A stretch of DNA of 63,324 bases, filler included, from Octopus bimaculoides (Eukaryota): the NCBI RefSeq assembly GCF_001194135.2. It is 8 parts of 7 records of this genome, joined end to end, with 100 filler letters (N's around TTAATTAATTAA, not from the genome) between each part and the next. Parts side by side here need not be neighbours in the genome. Positions count along the whole stretch, not along the records: positions 10,344 to 13,918 come from NC_068988.1; positions 14,019 to 17,212 come from NC_069002.1; positions 17,313 to 44,740 come from NC_068981.1; 5 more parts are not named here. The stretch is one strand, 5' to 3'. Within the stretch, counting starts at the first letter, position 1, and every line of letters begins with the position of its first letter. The position numbers were made by a program, and so were the translations under genes. This document shows, piece after piece, positions 13,330 through 26,224 of the stretch. The notes beneath the pieces are model-generated. The model was not told where the DNA came from. It saw nothing but the letters and a program-made list of their open reading frames with translations, and did not search any database.

Positions 13330-13362
<33 letters not shown>

Positions 13363-13644
13363 GTAAGATATGTACGTTCGCGTGTACCTGCGTACGCATG
13401 TGTGCGTACGTGGTTCTGCGTATGTGCATATGTGCGTGCGTGTGTGTGTAGATGTGTGTGTACGTTTGATTGTTTGCTTACTTGCGTACGTGTTTGTGTG
13501 TGTATATGTCTGTATGCGTGTGCGTTTGTGTAAGCATGTAAACGTGTTTGTACATGTGTGTGTGAGCGTGTGTATGTATGTATATATGTGTGTGTGTGTG
13601 TATGTATATGTATGTAAGTATATTTGTATGTATATATGTAACTT

Positions 13645-13918
13645 TGATAACTTTAATAGGTTTCGGCCAGTGTAGGCCCAGTCCATGTCTAACTCAATAG
13701 CGCCACCTGGTGATGTCTTTTAGTCCTATATGGGGCACCATGGTCCACTCTAACAAAGAGTTATTAGTGTTGGAGACATATCCGGGTGTAGGAGGTTGGT
13801 CCGGGATTTTTTGAAGAAATTTGTCCAGTGAACTTTTGAATTTTATGGGATCCGTTTCCGTTTTGACGTGTTTTGGTATGGTATTAAAGAGAGCTGGACC
13901 GGTTGAGGTAAAGTAATT
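13645..13918 (-). mobile_element. CR1/L2-group LINE 3' end
   Basis: GPALFNTIPKHVKTETDPIKFKSSLDKFLQKIPDQPPTPGY...NSLLEW, typical of the C-terminus of CR1/L2-related LINEs; short 3' UTR follows. Confidence 0.7.
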
Positions 13919-14018
13919 NNNNNNNNNNNNNNNNNNNNNNNNNNNNNNNNNNNNNNNNNNNNTTAATTAATTAANNNNNNNNNNNNNNNNNNNNNNNNNN
14001 NNNNNNNNNNNNNNNNNN

Positions 14019-14184
14019 TGGAGCACCGCCTTTTAGTCGAGCAAATCGACCCCAGGACGTATTCTTTGTAAGCCTAGTACCTATTCTATCGTCTCTTTTT
14101 GCCGAACCGCTAAGTTACGGGGACGTAAACACACCAGCCTCGGTTGTCAAACGAAGTTGGGGTGACAAACACAGACACACAAAC

Positions 14185-14216
<32 letters not shown>

Positions 14217-14387
14217 CTATATATACATGTATACGACGGGCTTCTTTCAGTTTCCATCTACCAAATCCACTCACAAGGCTTTGGTCGGCCCGAGGCTATA
14301 GTAGAAGACACTTGCCCAAGGTGCCACGCAGTGGGAGTCTACCCAGAACCATGTGGTTGGTAAGCAAGCTACTTACCACACAGCCAC
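14019..14387 (-). mobile_element. SINE family A (tRNA-like head, internal microsatellite)
   Basis: Reverse complement of gtggctgtgtggtaagtagcttgcttaccaaccacatggtt...ccttgggcaagtgtcttctactatagcctcgggccgacc...gcggtgctcca. Confidence 0.9.
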
Positions 14388-14504
14388 ACATATATACATG
14401 CATACATATATTTATAAATATATATACATACATATACACACATATATACATACACATAGACATATACATACATATATACATATACATACATACATATATA
14501 TATA

Positions 14505-16278
14505 CAATTAAACCTTGGGAGAGGCATTATGCCGGTAATAAACACACGCACTGGTTCAGTCTGTGTTCGTGTGTTACTTATTGATTAGAAAACTACTGCA
14601 CCGATCCTAATGAAATTTGGAACACAAAATCCAAGCCTAGGGAGAAGGGCAATGCTGTATATTTCATACAATTTCATGAACCAAAATTACTGAATGGATC
14701 TGTATGATATTTGGAACTTAGATTCAATGCATAAGGGCAGGTAAAATGCAGTATGATTGGTTTGAATTTGAGGTGGCTTACAGAGGGCAGAATCCTCCAT
14801 GAAAATTCGTAAATTTCTGATGTTGATGAAATTTCAACCATGGGTAATTGACACACATCAAGAAGTATTCCCAAAGTTTCCGCTTTTCATGAGGATTCTA
14901 AGACCCCTAATGGGGGCCTTAACTCCCAAATTTTAGTCTTTTTTATGATCCAAAACTAGGTCAAAAGTACTGAATGGATCTTAATGAAATTTGGAAAGTA
15001 TATCTATGCATAAGGACAGATGTAATGCAGCATAGCTTTGAAAGTGAGGGGGCATAAATGAGGCCATAAACTCCATGAAAATTCATATATATATTTGCTG
15101 TTGATGAAATTTTAACCATAGATATTAGACACAAATGAAGTAATATTTCTAAAATTTCAACTTCTTAGGAGCTAGTAAGGGCTTAACCGCTACAATTTAG
15201 TCATTTTTCCTAAGCCGAGACGAATACAATCGTATTCTTGGAAGCTGTAGAGTCACCTGAACATACAAGATGAGCGTTATTTGTAATTCAATGGCACAAC
15301 ACTGTAAGAGTTTGCTTTCACATACACTTAGATTGTGATTTCGGCAATGTGGTGCATAAATTGTCAAGTAAAGGAGAGACATTTTTGCCTCCACTGATTC
15401 AGTTGCAAAATGTTATTTTGAGTAAAGTTACTTGGTTGCAGACTTCCTTTGAGTCTTTTTATTATCACTGGGTCACAGATAGTCCTCAGATGGTAACATT
15501 GATTTCAAGGCCTTCCCAGATAAGTGACTAGTCATTCAAAGAGATTTATAGATTGTAAATTTATTCTGTCCAGTTACCTATCAGCATAGTGATCATTGGT
15601 AAACAACAGAGGTGACACTTTCATTTCCCCTTAGCTCTCACGTCACACAGTTGTTAATGTTTATTTGACTTGGGTTACGCCCTTCCAATTGCTATATATC
15701 CGTAATGCATCTTACAGCTGTGCCTGTCACCTGTATGGTGAGGAATCCAGTACTGGGGAGTGGTAACGACTAGAGTAGGGTAGCTGACTGCTTATTGTGA
15801 TCATTCGCCTCTTGGTTTCCTGTAGCTTCGCTCTTTTTTACAAACCCAGTGAACATACATATATTTCCGATTTCAAAGAAATTTGAACAATAGATATCAG
15901 ACCCAAGTTAAAAAGATTCCCAACAATTCAATTTCTCTGGTTGGCTTTAAGAACCCCATCTCCCACAATAGGGGCCTCAACTCCCACATTTTAGAGCTCC
16001 ATCTGCTCCATTTTTCAGGAGCAAAAACCTTTGAATAGGTTTCATAAGATTTGAATTTTGGAATCTAGGCATAAAAATGCGTAGTAAGGGATAAATATGT
16101 CATGATTGGAATTTTTGTTAGGGTGTGTAAAGAGGGAAAGAACCTTCACTAAAATTCTTAATCTACAATTTTGATGAAATTCGAATCACAGCTATTTCAG
16201 TTCAGTAGAGAAAATAAAAAAGAAAAGTCTAATTCTTCAATTCCATGTAACACGGGCAAAACCGGGTATCTCTGCTAG
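14505..16278 (+). mobile_element. Non-autonomous Helitron-like element, copy 1
   Basis: 3' end cacgggcaaaccgggtatctctgCTAG (GC hairpin + CTAG). Internal sub-repeats (atgaaatttgg, tactgaatggatct). Highly similar to 36570-37725. 5' boundary approximate. Confidence 0.75.
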
Positions 16279-16380
16279 NNNNNNNNNNNNNNNNNNNNNN
16301 NNNNNNNNNNNNNNNNNNNNNNNNNNNNNNNNNNNNNNNNNNNNNNNNNNNNNNNNNNNNNNNNNNNNNNNNNNNNNNNN

Positions 16381-16424
<44 letters not shown>

Positions 16425-16425
<1 letters not shown>

Positions 16426-16570
16426 TACGACGGGCTTCTTTTCAGTTTCTGTCAACCAAATCCACTCGCAAGACTTTGGTCGGCCCAAAGGTATAGTAGA
16501 AGAGATTTGCCTAAGGTGCCATGGGATAGAACACGGAAGCATGTGGTTGGTAAGCAAGCTTCTTATCATG
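16425..16570 (-). mobile_element. SINE family A, 5' half
   Basis: cgacgggcttcttttcagtttc...catgtggttggtaagcaagct. Confidence 0.75.
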
Positions 16571-16874
16571 TATGTAGTTTGGGTCAGACAAAATAATGTA
16601 TGCAGAATACTGGCGAAACAGTTGTCTAGAAGAGGTTAAGATAACCTAGCAAAGATTAAGACAACCATAAAAACTAAATACGTCGAATGAATGAGAACAT
16701 TTTAGAAACAGTTACACCTGTCATTATTGGTTAACTTGCTTAGATAACTAACTGCCTCAACGCCAATCTCGAAAAACAGCTTCCCAAAACCCGAAAGGGT
16801 ACAGTTAATTAGATAATTCTCGTTACATATTATTGATTGAAGTATACAAATATCTGTAAAATATTCCAGTTTAA

Positions 16875-17177
16875 CCCATTACCTCCCATAATTCTATTAA
16901 CTGGAATTTTTTTTTTTTTTTTTTTTTTGAAACTTTGATTTCTAGCATAAAACAGCCTTAGAAACACGCTGGAATGATCAAAATAACATTTCAAAATAAC
17001 ATTTTAAATAGAAATAAGCGAGATATTGGGTGAAAAATTAGCAAACCTCATTTGAATATCAGAGAAATATACCTAGTAGATATAGCAAAAAGGTTAGATA
17101 TGTATAAATATTGGCAGATAATTACGAAATTTGTAATTTTTAAGTGATCTCATATGAGATCACTGGTAGGTAATGGG
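16875..17177. mobile_element. piggyBac-like MITE
   Basis: TTAA-CCCATTACCT ... AGGTAATGGG-TTAA: TTAA target duplication, CCC/GGG termini and short TIR. Confidence 0.8.
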
Positions 17178-17312
17178 TTAATTTGTGATACATCTTAATC
17201 AGTTTCGACGATNNNNNNNNNNNNNNNNNNNNNNNNNNNNNNNNNNNNNNNNNNNNTTAATTAATTAANNNNNNNNNNNNNNNNNNNNNNNNNNNNNNNN
17301 NNNNNNNNNNNN

Positions 17313-17645
17313 CCTTGGCTGGCCTCAAATCTCACCTGCGAACCCATGGAAAACAAACCTCATCCAGCTATTCTGATTATATGTCTGTGCACACGTTTGA
17401 ATGTGGTGTGTGCCAGAGGGTTTGCAAATCCAATGGGGGTCTTAAAAGACATGTTAGGATCCACAATGAGCAGAACTTACTTGTAGGTATTGGTAGTGCA
17501 AATCAGAGGTGCAATCTGTGTGGGTGTTTTTTCAAAACACTGTCTGGTTTAAAAAGCCACATCAGACGCCATGAAAGGGCTAAGGTGTAGGTGCAGGAGG
17601 TGGTCAAACTCTGTTTAAGGAGTAGACAACCACCATGTATGTATG
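17313..17645 (+). mobile_element. RTE-like LINE 3' end with at least 2 complete and 1 partial C2H2 fingers
   Basis: ...GLKSHLRTH; CGVC-x12-HVRIH; CNLC-x12-HIRRH; stop, about 45 nt UTR, then (ATGT)n tail. No TGEKP linkers. Similar to the finger motifs at 400-470 and 44440-44500. Confidence 0.6.
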
Positions 17646-18774
17646 CATTGGTTTCCTCTGCAATATGTAGCACTATCCATTGTTTTACAAGTTCTTCATA
17701 ACCAGTAAGATTCATACTGCAAGAGATTAAAAATATTAGCAGAGATGGAAAATCGGAATTTCAGATGGTTGAACTTCTGAAAAAAAAGCTCTAGCAATAA
17801 AGGCCAGTGAGATTGCGAAACTTTAGATATTAAAATTTTGTAAAGTTTAGTCATTCTCTGGGACATCCTCTTTTATTATTATTATTTTTTTTTTTTTTCG
17901 ATACACGTGTAAGGAAAGTGAGAACTTATTAATGTTTGAAAAGTTAATAGATGGAAATATTTAACAAAGAAAAGAAAGAAAACGAATTTACGTTGGCAAT
18001 AAAATTTTACAATGCATGACAAACCCTAACATTACGCAGTGCCCTAATCCTAAACTCTAACCTCAGCCCTAAACTCTAGACCTTAAACTTAAACCAATGT
18101 CTTCCTTCTTATCATTATATAACTCTTCACGTAAACAGCTTCCCAACTTCGACAAGAAACACATTGATTAATCACAAAGAAAATTAAAACAAAATCGCGC
18201 TGGCTACAGTGACGTAGTAATTCTGTCCATGGTGATTGGTGGCAGTGGTAGTGGCGGGGGCGATGGTAGTGGTAGATCCGTATGTTGATGCTGCATATAA
18301 CCAAGTAAATCTGTTATCTGGTAAAATTTGTAATGTTTGTTGAAAATCTTATCACCACCACTTGACCTTCACGTTTTCCTCTCGACGTCACACAAATTCA
18401 TCGGCAGTCGCCCTATCGACTCTCAAATTTCATGTTTTTACATTAAAGACATTTTTTTTTGTATGTATGTATGTATGTATTTGTTTCCGCTGCAATATGT
18501 AGCACTATCTATTATTTTACAAGTTCTCCAAGACCAGTAAAATTTATAGGCAGAGATGGAAAATCGGAATTTCAGATGGTCGAACTTACGAAAAGAAAGC
18601 TTTACAATGAAGCTCAGGGAGATTACGAACCTTTAAATATTGAAATTTTGTATACTTTAGTCAATGAAATCTATCCTCTGCAACATCCTCTTTTATTAAA
18701 AAAAAAATTTTTTTTTTCGATACCAGAGAAAGGAAAGTGAAATCGTATTTATTTTTGAAAAGTTAACAGATATA

Positions 18775-19140
18775 GGCGTAGGAGTGGCTGTGTGGTAAGT
18801 AGCTAGCTTACCAACCACATGGTCCCGGGTTCAGTCCCACTGCGCGGCATCTTGGGCAAGTGTCTTCTACTATAGCCTCGGGCCGACCAAAGCCTTGTGA
18901 GTGGATTTGGTAGACGGAAACTGAAAGAAGCTCGTCGTATATATGTATATATATGTGTGTTTGTATGTGTGTGTTTGTCCCCCCAACATCGCTTGACAAC
19001 CGATGCTGGTGTGTTTATGTCCCCGTAACTTAGCGGTTCGGCAAAAGAGACCGATAGAATAAGTACTCGACTAAAAGGCGGTGCTCCAGCATGGCCACAG
19101 TCAAAGGACTGAAACAAGTAAAAGAGTAAAAGAGTAAAAG
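18775..19140 (+). mobile_element. SINE family A inserted into one cassette copy
   Basis: Near-full body from ggcgtaggagtggctgtgtgg to (aaagagt)n tail. Interrupts ttaa.agat|ggaaatatt, which is contiguous in the copy at 17945. Confidence 0.92.
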
Positions 19141-20116
19141 ATGGAAATATTTAATAAAGAAATGAAAGAAAAACTTACGTTATCAGTAAAATTATTTTAC
19201 AAGGCATGACAAAACCTAACCTTATCAATGCATGACAATCCCTAACATACGCAGCACCCTAACTCTAAACCTTAACACGAACCTCAGCCCTAGACTCTAG
19301 ACCTTAAACATAAACCAATGTTTTCATTCTTATCATTATATCTCTTCACATAAACAGCTTCCCAGCCTCGACAAGAAACATTGTTTAATCACAACGACAA
19401 TTAAAACAAAATCGCGCTAGCTACGGAGATGTAGTAATTCTATGTCTATGGTGATTGGTGGCAGTGGTAGTGATAGAGCAGTTGTAATGTTAGATCCGTA
19501 TGTTGGTGCTGCATATTACAAAGTAAATCTGTGACGCAGAAAAAATTTGAAATGTTTCACACAAAATTGTGTCACCACCACTCGGCCTTCGTGTTCTCCT
19601 CTCCACGTCACCCAAGTTCACCGGTAGTCGCTTCATCGACTGTCAAACTTCATATATTTTGGAATTACGGAAATTTTTTTTTTTTTTTCTGAAAGTTGAT
19701 CAGAACTCGTTTGACACACTGACAACCAAATATTTGTGACCTTGTCCAGCAATTGGAAAACATTTTTCAAGGCAGACCGGGTAAGATTTGTGTCTCTTTG
19801 CCAAGACAAATAACCATGATCATGCAAGACTATGGAATTAACTTGCTTTTTGTTTTGATTCTCCTTCCATTAATAGCTTTTAACGAATAATTAAGTAAAA
19901 TGTGATATAAAGAATACCTACGTTAGAGACAAATTTTAGTTTTTTGTGACCCGCATTCTTCCTAGGTGAACTAGTTGACGGTCTGCAGTAGAGATCGGTA
20001 AAATCTTCCGTTTGACCCGGTTCGCACATATTCCACTGAATATGAAATATTAACCTCCGGATACACGTAGTTTAAAAGTTAATTTCAAGACAAAATGTTC
20101 GCAGATACCCGTAAAA

Positions 20117-20180
20117 GGTTCTATAGTGTAATGGTTAGCACTTTGAATCCAGCGATCCGTTTTCAAATCTCGGTAAACCT
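20117..20180 (+). pseudogene. tRNA-Gln(TTG) pseudogene with 7-nt anticodon-arm deletion
   Basis: ggttctatagtgtaatggttagcactttgaatccagcgatccgttttcaaatctcggtaaacct lacks actctgg and has an altered B box. Confidence 0.85.
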
Positions 20181-21415
20181 TACAAACTGCGTATTGTATT
20201 TTTTTTTCCGGTTATATGACTGTTGAAATGTCAAATTGATTTTCAGTTGACTCACGAATCAATTATTTCTGCGCTTTCCGAGTATGTGAATTCATAAGAC
20301 CATAATGACTTTCTCTTTATCCGAAGGACATCTGTCTGAAACGTTGCATTTCTATTCTTCCTCGGATCATAAATCATATTCCCTTGTCTGAGCACACCGT
20401 ATTATTTCACACCAAAACACATTCATAAAATTAGTGAATCAGTTTAATATTCTTATAGATATCATAGATATGAAGATAATTTTAACTGTATGTATGTATG
20501 TATGTATGTATGTATGTATGTATGTATGTATGTATGTATGTAGGTATGTATTGCTTTTCTCTGGAATGTGTAGCACTATCCATTATTTTACCGGTTTTCC
20601 AAGACCAGTCAGACTCTTCACATAAATAGCTTTCCTACCACAACAACAAATATATTGTTTAATTGCTACATCAATTAAAACAAAATCGTGCTGACTACGG
20701 TGACATAGTGATTGTATTTCCATGATGATTGGTAGCTATGGTGGCGGCGGTAGATGCGTATGTTGGTGGTGGTAGATGCATATGTTGGTGCTGCATATTA
20801 CAAAGTAAATCTGTCATCTGGTAAAATTTGAAATGTTTCACACAAAATGATGTCACCACCACTCGCCCTTCACATTCTCCTTACCACGTCACCCAAATTC
20901 ACCGGAAGTCGCCTCATCAACCCTCTAACTTTATGTTTTTGTATAAATTTTTTTTTTTTCAAAACCTGATCAGAACTCGTTTGACACACTGACACAGACA
21001 AATTTCAGTGACCTTGTCCAGGAATCAGAAAACACTTTTCAAGGTACACTGGGTAGGATTTATGTCTCCCTGGTCAAGAGAAATAAATTATGCACTTATG
21101 ATCATACAAGACTAGGAAAAGCCTGTTTTTGTTTTTTTTTTCCTTTTGATTCTCCTTTCCATTATAACCATTTAACGAACAAAATGTTTTCCAAAGTTGA
21201 TATAAAGAATAACCGCATACCTACGTTAGAGACACGTTTTAGTTACGTGAGATTAGGCGAACTAGTTGACGGTCTGCTGTAGGAATCGGTAAAAACCAGC
21301 CCGATGCTCAGTTTGATCTGGTTCGCACATTTTACTGAATATGAAATAATAACTTTTGGATACAAATAGTTAGAAAGTTAATTTCAAAACAAAATATTCC
21401 AAGGGAGCTGTAATA

Positions 21416-21487
21416 GGTTCTACGGTGTAATGGACAGCACTCTGAGCTTTGAATACAGCGATTCGAGTTCAAGTCTCGGTATAATCT
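21416..21487 (+). pseudogene. Degenerate tRNA-Gln(TTG)
   Basis: 72 nt, colinear with 40371-40442 but with mismatches in the anticodon and acceptor stems. Confidence 0.8.
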
Positions 21488-22476
21488 TGAAAGCTAAATG
21501 TTATACATTTTTCTTTCGGTCATATGAAATCAAAATGTCACATTTATTTTCAACTAACTCACCAATTAATAATTTCTTTGCGTTCCAATTATGTGAAGTC
21601 ATAAGACCTTGATGACTTTCTCTTTCTCCAAAGGACAACTGCCTGAAACGTTACATTTTTATTCTTCCTCGAATCATTAATCATATTACCTTGTTTGATA
21701 ACACTGTATTACTTTACGCCAAAACACAACACCATTCATCTGTTGGTTCTTTACAAATTGCTGTACATTCGTTTATTTATCAATGAAATCAAGCTATGAC
21801 TACCATAAGAGATATGCTACCATATTCCTTTCTTTATGACTGATTAAATGGAAAAAGTTTGAAAACTTTAGTGATGTAAAATAGAATTAGTAATTGAAAC
21901 TGCGTTCCTAACGGAACTCTAGATATGTTCGTCCATTATTATGGCTTTATTCGTCTTCCAGATGACAATGAAATAAAACTGATGAATCTGTTTAATATTA
22001 CTATGAATATCATAGATATGAAGAAAACTCTAAATGTATGTATGTATGTATGTATGTATGTATGTATGTATGTATGTATGTATGTACGTATGTATGTATG
22101 TATTGGTTTCCTCTGAAATGTGTAGCATTATCCATTATTTAACTAGTTTTCCAAGACCAGTCACATTGATACTGCAGGAGATTAAAAACATAGATGGAAA
22201 ATCAGAATTTCAGATAGCTGAACTTCTGAAAAGAAAGGATCAGCAATAATGACCAGTGAGATTACGAACCTTTAAACATTGAAATTTTCGATACATTTGG
22301 CAATGAAAGCTATTCATTCCGTGTATCTACTTATTCATTTTTCTATACATGCCTAAGAGAAGCCGCAAATTATTATTTTAAAAAGATTAATAGAAAACAT
22401 TTAAAGATGGAAATATGTAACAAAGAAAAGAAAGAGAACAAATTGACGTTTGCAATAAACTTTTACAATGCATGAC

Positions 22477-22558
22477 TAACCCTACCCTAACCCTAACCCT
22501 AACCCTAAACCCTAACTCCAGCCTAAGCCCTAAGCTCTAAACCTTAAACCTAACCTAA
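22477..22558 (+). repeat. Interstitial telomere-like (CCCTAA)n tract
   Basis: Four perfect CCCTAA at 22485-22508 plus degenerate units. Homologous decayed tracts at about 18023-18093, 19213-19315 and 25060-25135. Confidence 0.75.
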
Positions 22559-24946
22559 TGTTTTCATTATATAACTCTTCACGTAAACAGCTTCCCTACC
22601 ACGACAACAAATATTTTGTTTAATCACAGCGACTATTAAAACAAAATCGCGCTGGCTACGGTGACGTCGTAATTGTATGTCCATGGTGATTGGTGGAAGT
22701 GGTAATTGTGGCGATGGTGGAGGTAGATCCGTATGTTGGTGTTGCATATTACAAAGTAAATCTGTCATCTGGTAAAATTTTAAATGTTTCACGCAAAATC
22801 GTCACCAAAGTTCCCTGGTGGTCGCTTCATCGACTCCCAAACTTCGTATGTTTTAGAATTAAGAAATTTGTTTTGAAAATTGATTAGAACTTGTTTGACA
22901 CACTGACACAAGCAAATTTTAGTGACCCTTGTCCAGGAATCGGAAAACATTTTGATAAGCTTTTAACGAAGAATTAAGTAAAATGTTTCCCTACGTTGAT
23001 ACAAAGAATGACCACATACCTACGTCAGAGATAAGTTTTAGTTACAGGAGACTAGCTTTCTCACAAGGCGAACCAGTTCACCGTCTGCGGTAGAAATCGG
23101 TAAAATACAGTCCACTCCTCCATTTGACCCAGTTCGCACATATTCACTGAATAAGAAATATTAACTTCCGGGCACACGTAGTTTGGAAGTTAATTTCAAG
23201 ATAAAATGTCTCACGAATCAATAATTCCTTTGCTTTCCAAGTATGTGAAGTCATAAGACCTTAATGACTTANNNNNNNNNNNNNNNNNNNNNNNNNNNNN
23301 NNNNNNNNNNNNNNNNNNNNNNNNNNNNNNNNNNNNNNNNNNNNNNNNNNNNNNNNNNNNNNNNNNNNNNNNNNNNNNNNNNNNNNNNNNNNNNNNNNNN
23401 NNNNNNNNNNNNNNNNNNNNNNNNNNNNNNNNNNNNNNNNNNNNNNNNNNNNNNNNNNNNNNNNNNNNNNNNNNNNNNNNNNNNNNNNNNNNNNNNNNNN
23501 NNNNNNNNNNNNNNNNNNNNNNNNNNNNNNNNNNNNNNNNNNNNNNNNNNNNNNNNNNNNNNNNNNNNNNNNNNNNNNNNNNNNNNNNNNNNNNNNNNNN
23601 NNNNNNNNNNNNNNNNNNNNNNNNNNNNNNNNNNNNNNNNNNNNNNNNNNNNNNNNNNNNNNNNNNNNNNNNNNNNNNNNNNNNNNNNNNNNNNNNNNNN
23701 NNNNNNNNNNNNNNNNNNNNNNNNNNNNNNNNNNNNNNNNNNNNNNNNNNNNNNNNNNNNNNNNNNNNNNNNNNNNNNNNNNNNNNNNNNNNNNNNNNNN
23801 NNNNNNNNNNNNNNNNNNNNNNNNNNNNNNNNNNNNNNNNNNNNNNNNNNNNNNNNNNNNNNNNNNNNNNNNNNNNNNNNNNNNNNNNNNNNNNNNNNNN
23901 NCCTACGTCAGAGATAAGTTTTAGTTACAGGAGACTAGCTTTCTCACAAGGCGAACCAGTTCACCGTCTGCGGTAGAAATCGGTAAAATACAGTCCACTC
24001 CTCCATTTGACCCAGTTCGCACATATTCACTGAATAAGAAATATTAACTTCCGGGCACACGTAGTTTGGAAGTTAATTTCAAGATAAAATGTCTCACGAA
24101 TCAATAATTCCTTTGCTTTCCAAGTATGTGAAGTCATAAGACCTTAATGACTTATTCTTTTCTCCGAAAGACAATTCTCTGAGACGTTACATTTCTATTC
24201 TTCTTCGCATCATAAATCATATTACCTCGTCCGAACACACTGTATTCCTTCACGCCAAAATACAACATTGTTCATTTTTTTATTTCTTACAGTTTTCCTG
24301 TTTTAAGTAAAGCCAATTGTTGGATATTTGTTTATTTATCAATGACATCAAACTATAACTGCCATAAGAAATGTGCTATAATATTCCTTCTTTTATGACT
24401 GATTAAATGGAAAAAAGTTTGAAAATTTTAGTGGGATAAAACAGAATTAGTAATCGAAACCGCGTTACTAACAGATCATCAAAGATGTTCGTCACTTACT
24501 ATGGCTTTATTCGTCTTCCAGGTGTCAATGAAATAAAATTAGTGAATCAGTTTAATATTCTTATAGATATCATAGATATGAAGAGAATTTTAACTGTATG
24601 TATGTATGTATGTATTAGTTTACTCTGGAACGTGTAGCACCATCCATTGTTTTACAAGTTCTCAAAGACCAGTAAGATTGGTGCTGCAATAAATCAAAAA
24701 TATAAGCAGAGATGAAAATTCAGAGTTTTAGATGGTCGAACTTCTGAAAAGAAATGTCCAGCAACAAAGGCCAGTGAGGTTACGAACCTTTAAACATTGA
24801 AATTTTTATACTTTAGCCAATCAAATCTGTCCATTCACATACTTGGAAAGCAAAGAAATTATTGATTAGTGAGTTAATTGAAAATCAAGGCGACATTTCA
24901 ATAGTCATATAACCGAAAGAAAAAGAAATATGATATACAGTTTTTA

Positions 24947-25019
24947 AGGTTGCGCCGAGATTTGAACTCGTATCGCTGGATTCAAAGTCCCGAGTGCTAA
25001 CAAATTACACCATAGAACC
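24947..25019 (-). pseudogene. Degenerate tRNA-Gln(TTG), inverted relative to the cassette
   Basis: Reverse complement ggttctatggtgtaatttgttagcactcgggactttgaatccagcgatacgagttcaaatctcggcgcaacct. D-loop insertion and several stem mismatches. Confidence 0.8.
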
Positions 25020-26180
25020 TATCGCAGATACCGTCGAACATGTTGTCTTGAAATTAACTTCTTTTCGATATATGCGTATCCTTATCCTCATCCTAATTCA
25101 ACCTGAGCCCTATGCCCTGACTCATAACTAACTCCAATGTTTCCATTCTTATCATTATAAAACTCCTCGCGGAAACAGCTTTATTACCATGACAACAAAT
25201 ATATTGTTTATTTACAACAGCAATTAAAATAAAATCGCGCTGGCTACGGTGACGTGGTGATTGTATGTCCATGATGATTGGTGGCAGTGGTGGTGGCGGC
25301 GGCGGCTATGGTGGTAGATCCGTATGTTTTTGCCGCATATGACAAAGTAAATCCGTTATCTGGTAAAATTTGAAATGTTTCACGCAAAATCAAATCACCA
25401 CCACGAGACCTTCACATTCTCCTCTCCACGTCACCTAAGCTCCCCAGAAGTTGCCTTATCGACTCTGAAACTTCATATATTTTGGAATGAAGAACATTCT
25501 TTTGTAGAAAGTTGATGAATTGATAATAATTGAAAATTGATTAAATAAAATTAAAATTTACCTTAGTCACGTAAAATAGAACTAGTAATGGGAACTGCGT
25601 CTCCAACTGAATTCCAAAGATGCTCGTCGGTTTGAATGGTTCTTTATGTTTTGTGATCAAGTCTCGCGAAATGTGATTTTGTTCTTCATCTTTCAGAGAT
25701 TGATGAAGTGAAATATAGCTACTAAATGAGTTTAATATTTCCATGAAATATAGATATGATTGTAATTTTTAATTGATGACTACGACTACTTCGTTTTTTT
25801 TAAAATTTTTTTATAAGTTTCGTCTTCAGTAAGCNNNNNNNNNNNNNNNNNNNNNNNNNNNNNNNNNNNNNNNNNNNNNNNNNNNNNNNNNNNNNNNNNN
25901 NNNNNNNNNNNNNNNNNNNNNNNNNNNNNNNNNNNNNNNNNNNNNNNNNNNNNNNNNNNNNNNNNNNNNNNNNNNNNNNNNNNNNNNNNNNNNNNNNNNN
26001 NNNNNNNNNNNNNNNNNNNNNNNNNAGAATAAAAATAGGTTAAAAATAGGGCAGGGGTGGAACTTCAAAATTCCATGTGGTTGAACTTTTGAGGAGAAAG
26101 ATCAAAAAATAATGGCCAATGAAGTTACGAACGTTTAAACATTGAAACGTTTGATAATTCGTTCTCTCTAGCGCTGTTTT

Positions 26181-26224
<44 letters not shown>

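Larger units (their letters stand above)
17636..25830 (+). repeat. Tandem array of about 5 diverged 0.8-2 kb cassette copies carrying tRNA-Gln, (TATG)n and CCCTAA-like tracts
   Basis: The marker (tatg)n-t(a)ttggtttcctctg and variants recur near 17645, 18480, 20550, 22100 and 24615. Shared blocks include gatggaaaatc.gaatttcagatgg, aaaacaaaatcgcgctggctac and aaagtaaatctgt. Further partial copies at 26050-26160, 29150-29460 and 33590-34760. Confidence 0.85.

Noticed and set aside
17315-17590. Host C2H2-ZNF gene exon
   Set aside because: No TGEKP linkers, an RTE-like finger signature (GLKSH/GLKRH) and a microsatellite tail favour a LINE end. Kept as an alternative in the findings.
23019-24154. 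Identical 253-bp duplication on both sides of a 630-N gap
   Set aside because: Perfect identity ending at contig edges, in an otherwise diverged array, indicates unmerged contig overlap. An extra young unit cannot be excluded without reads.
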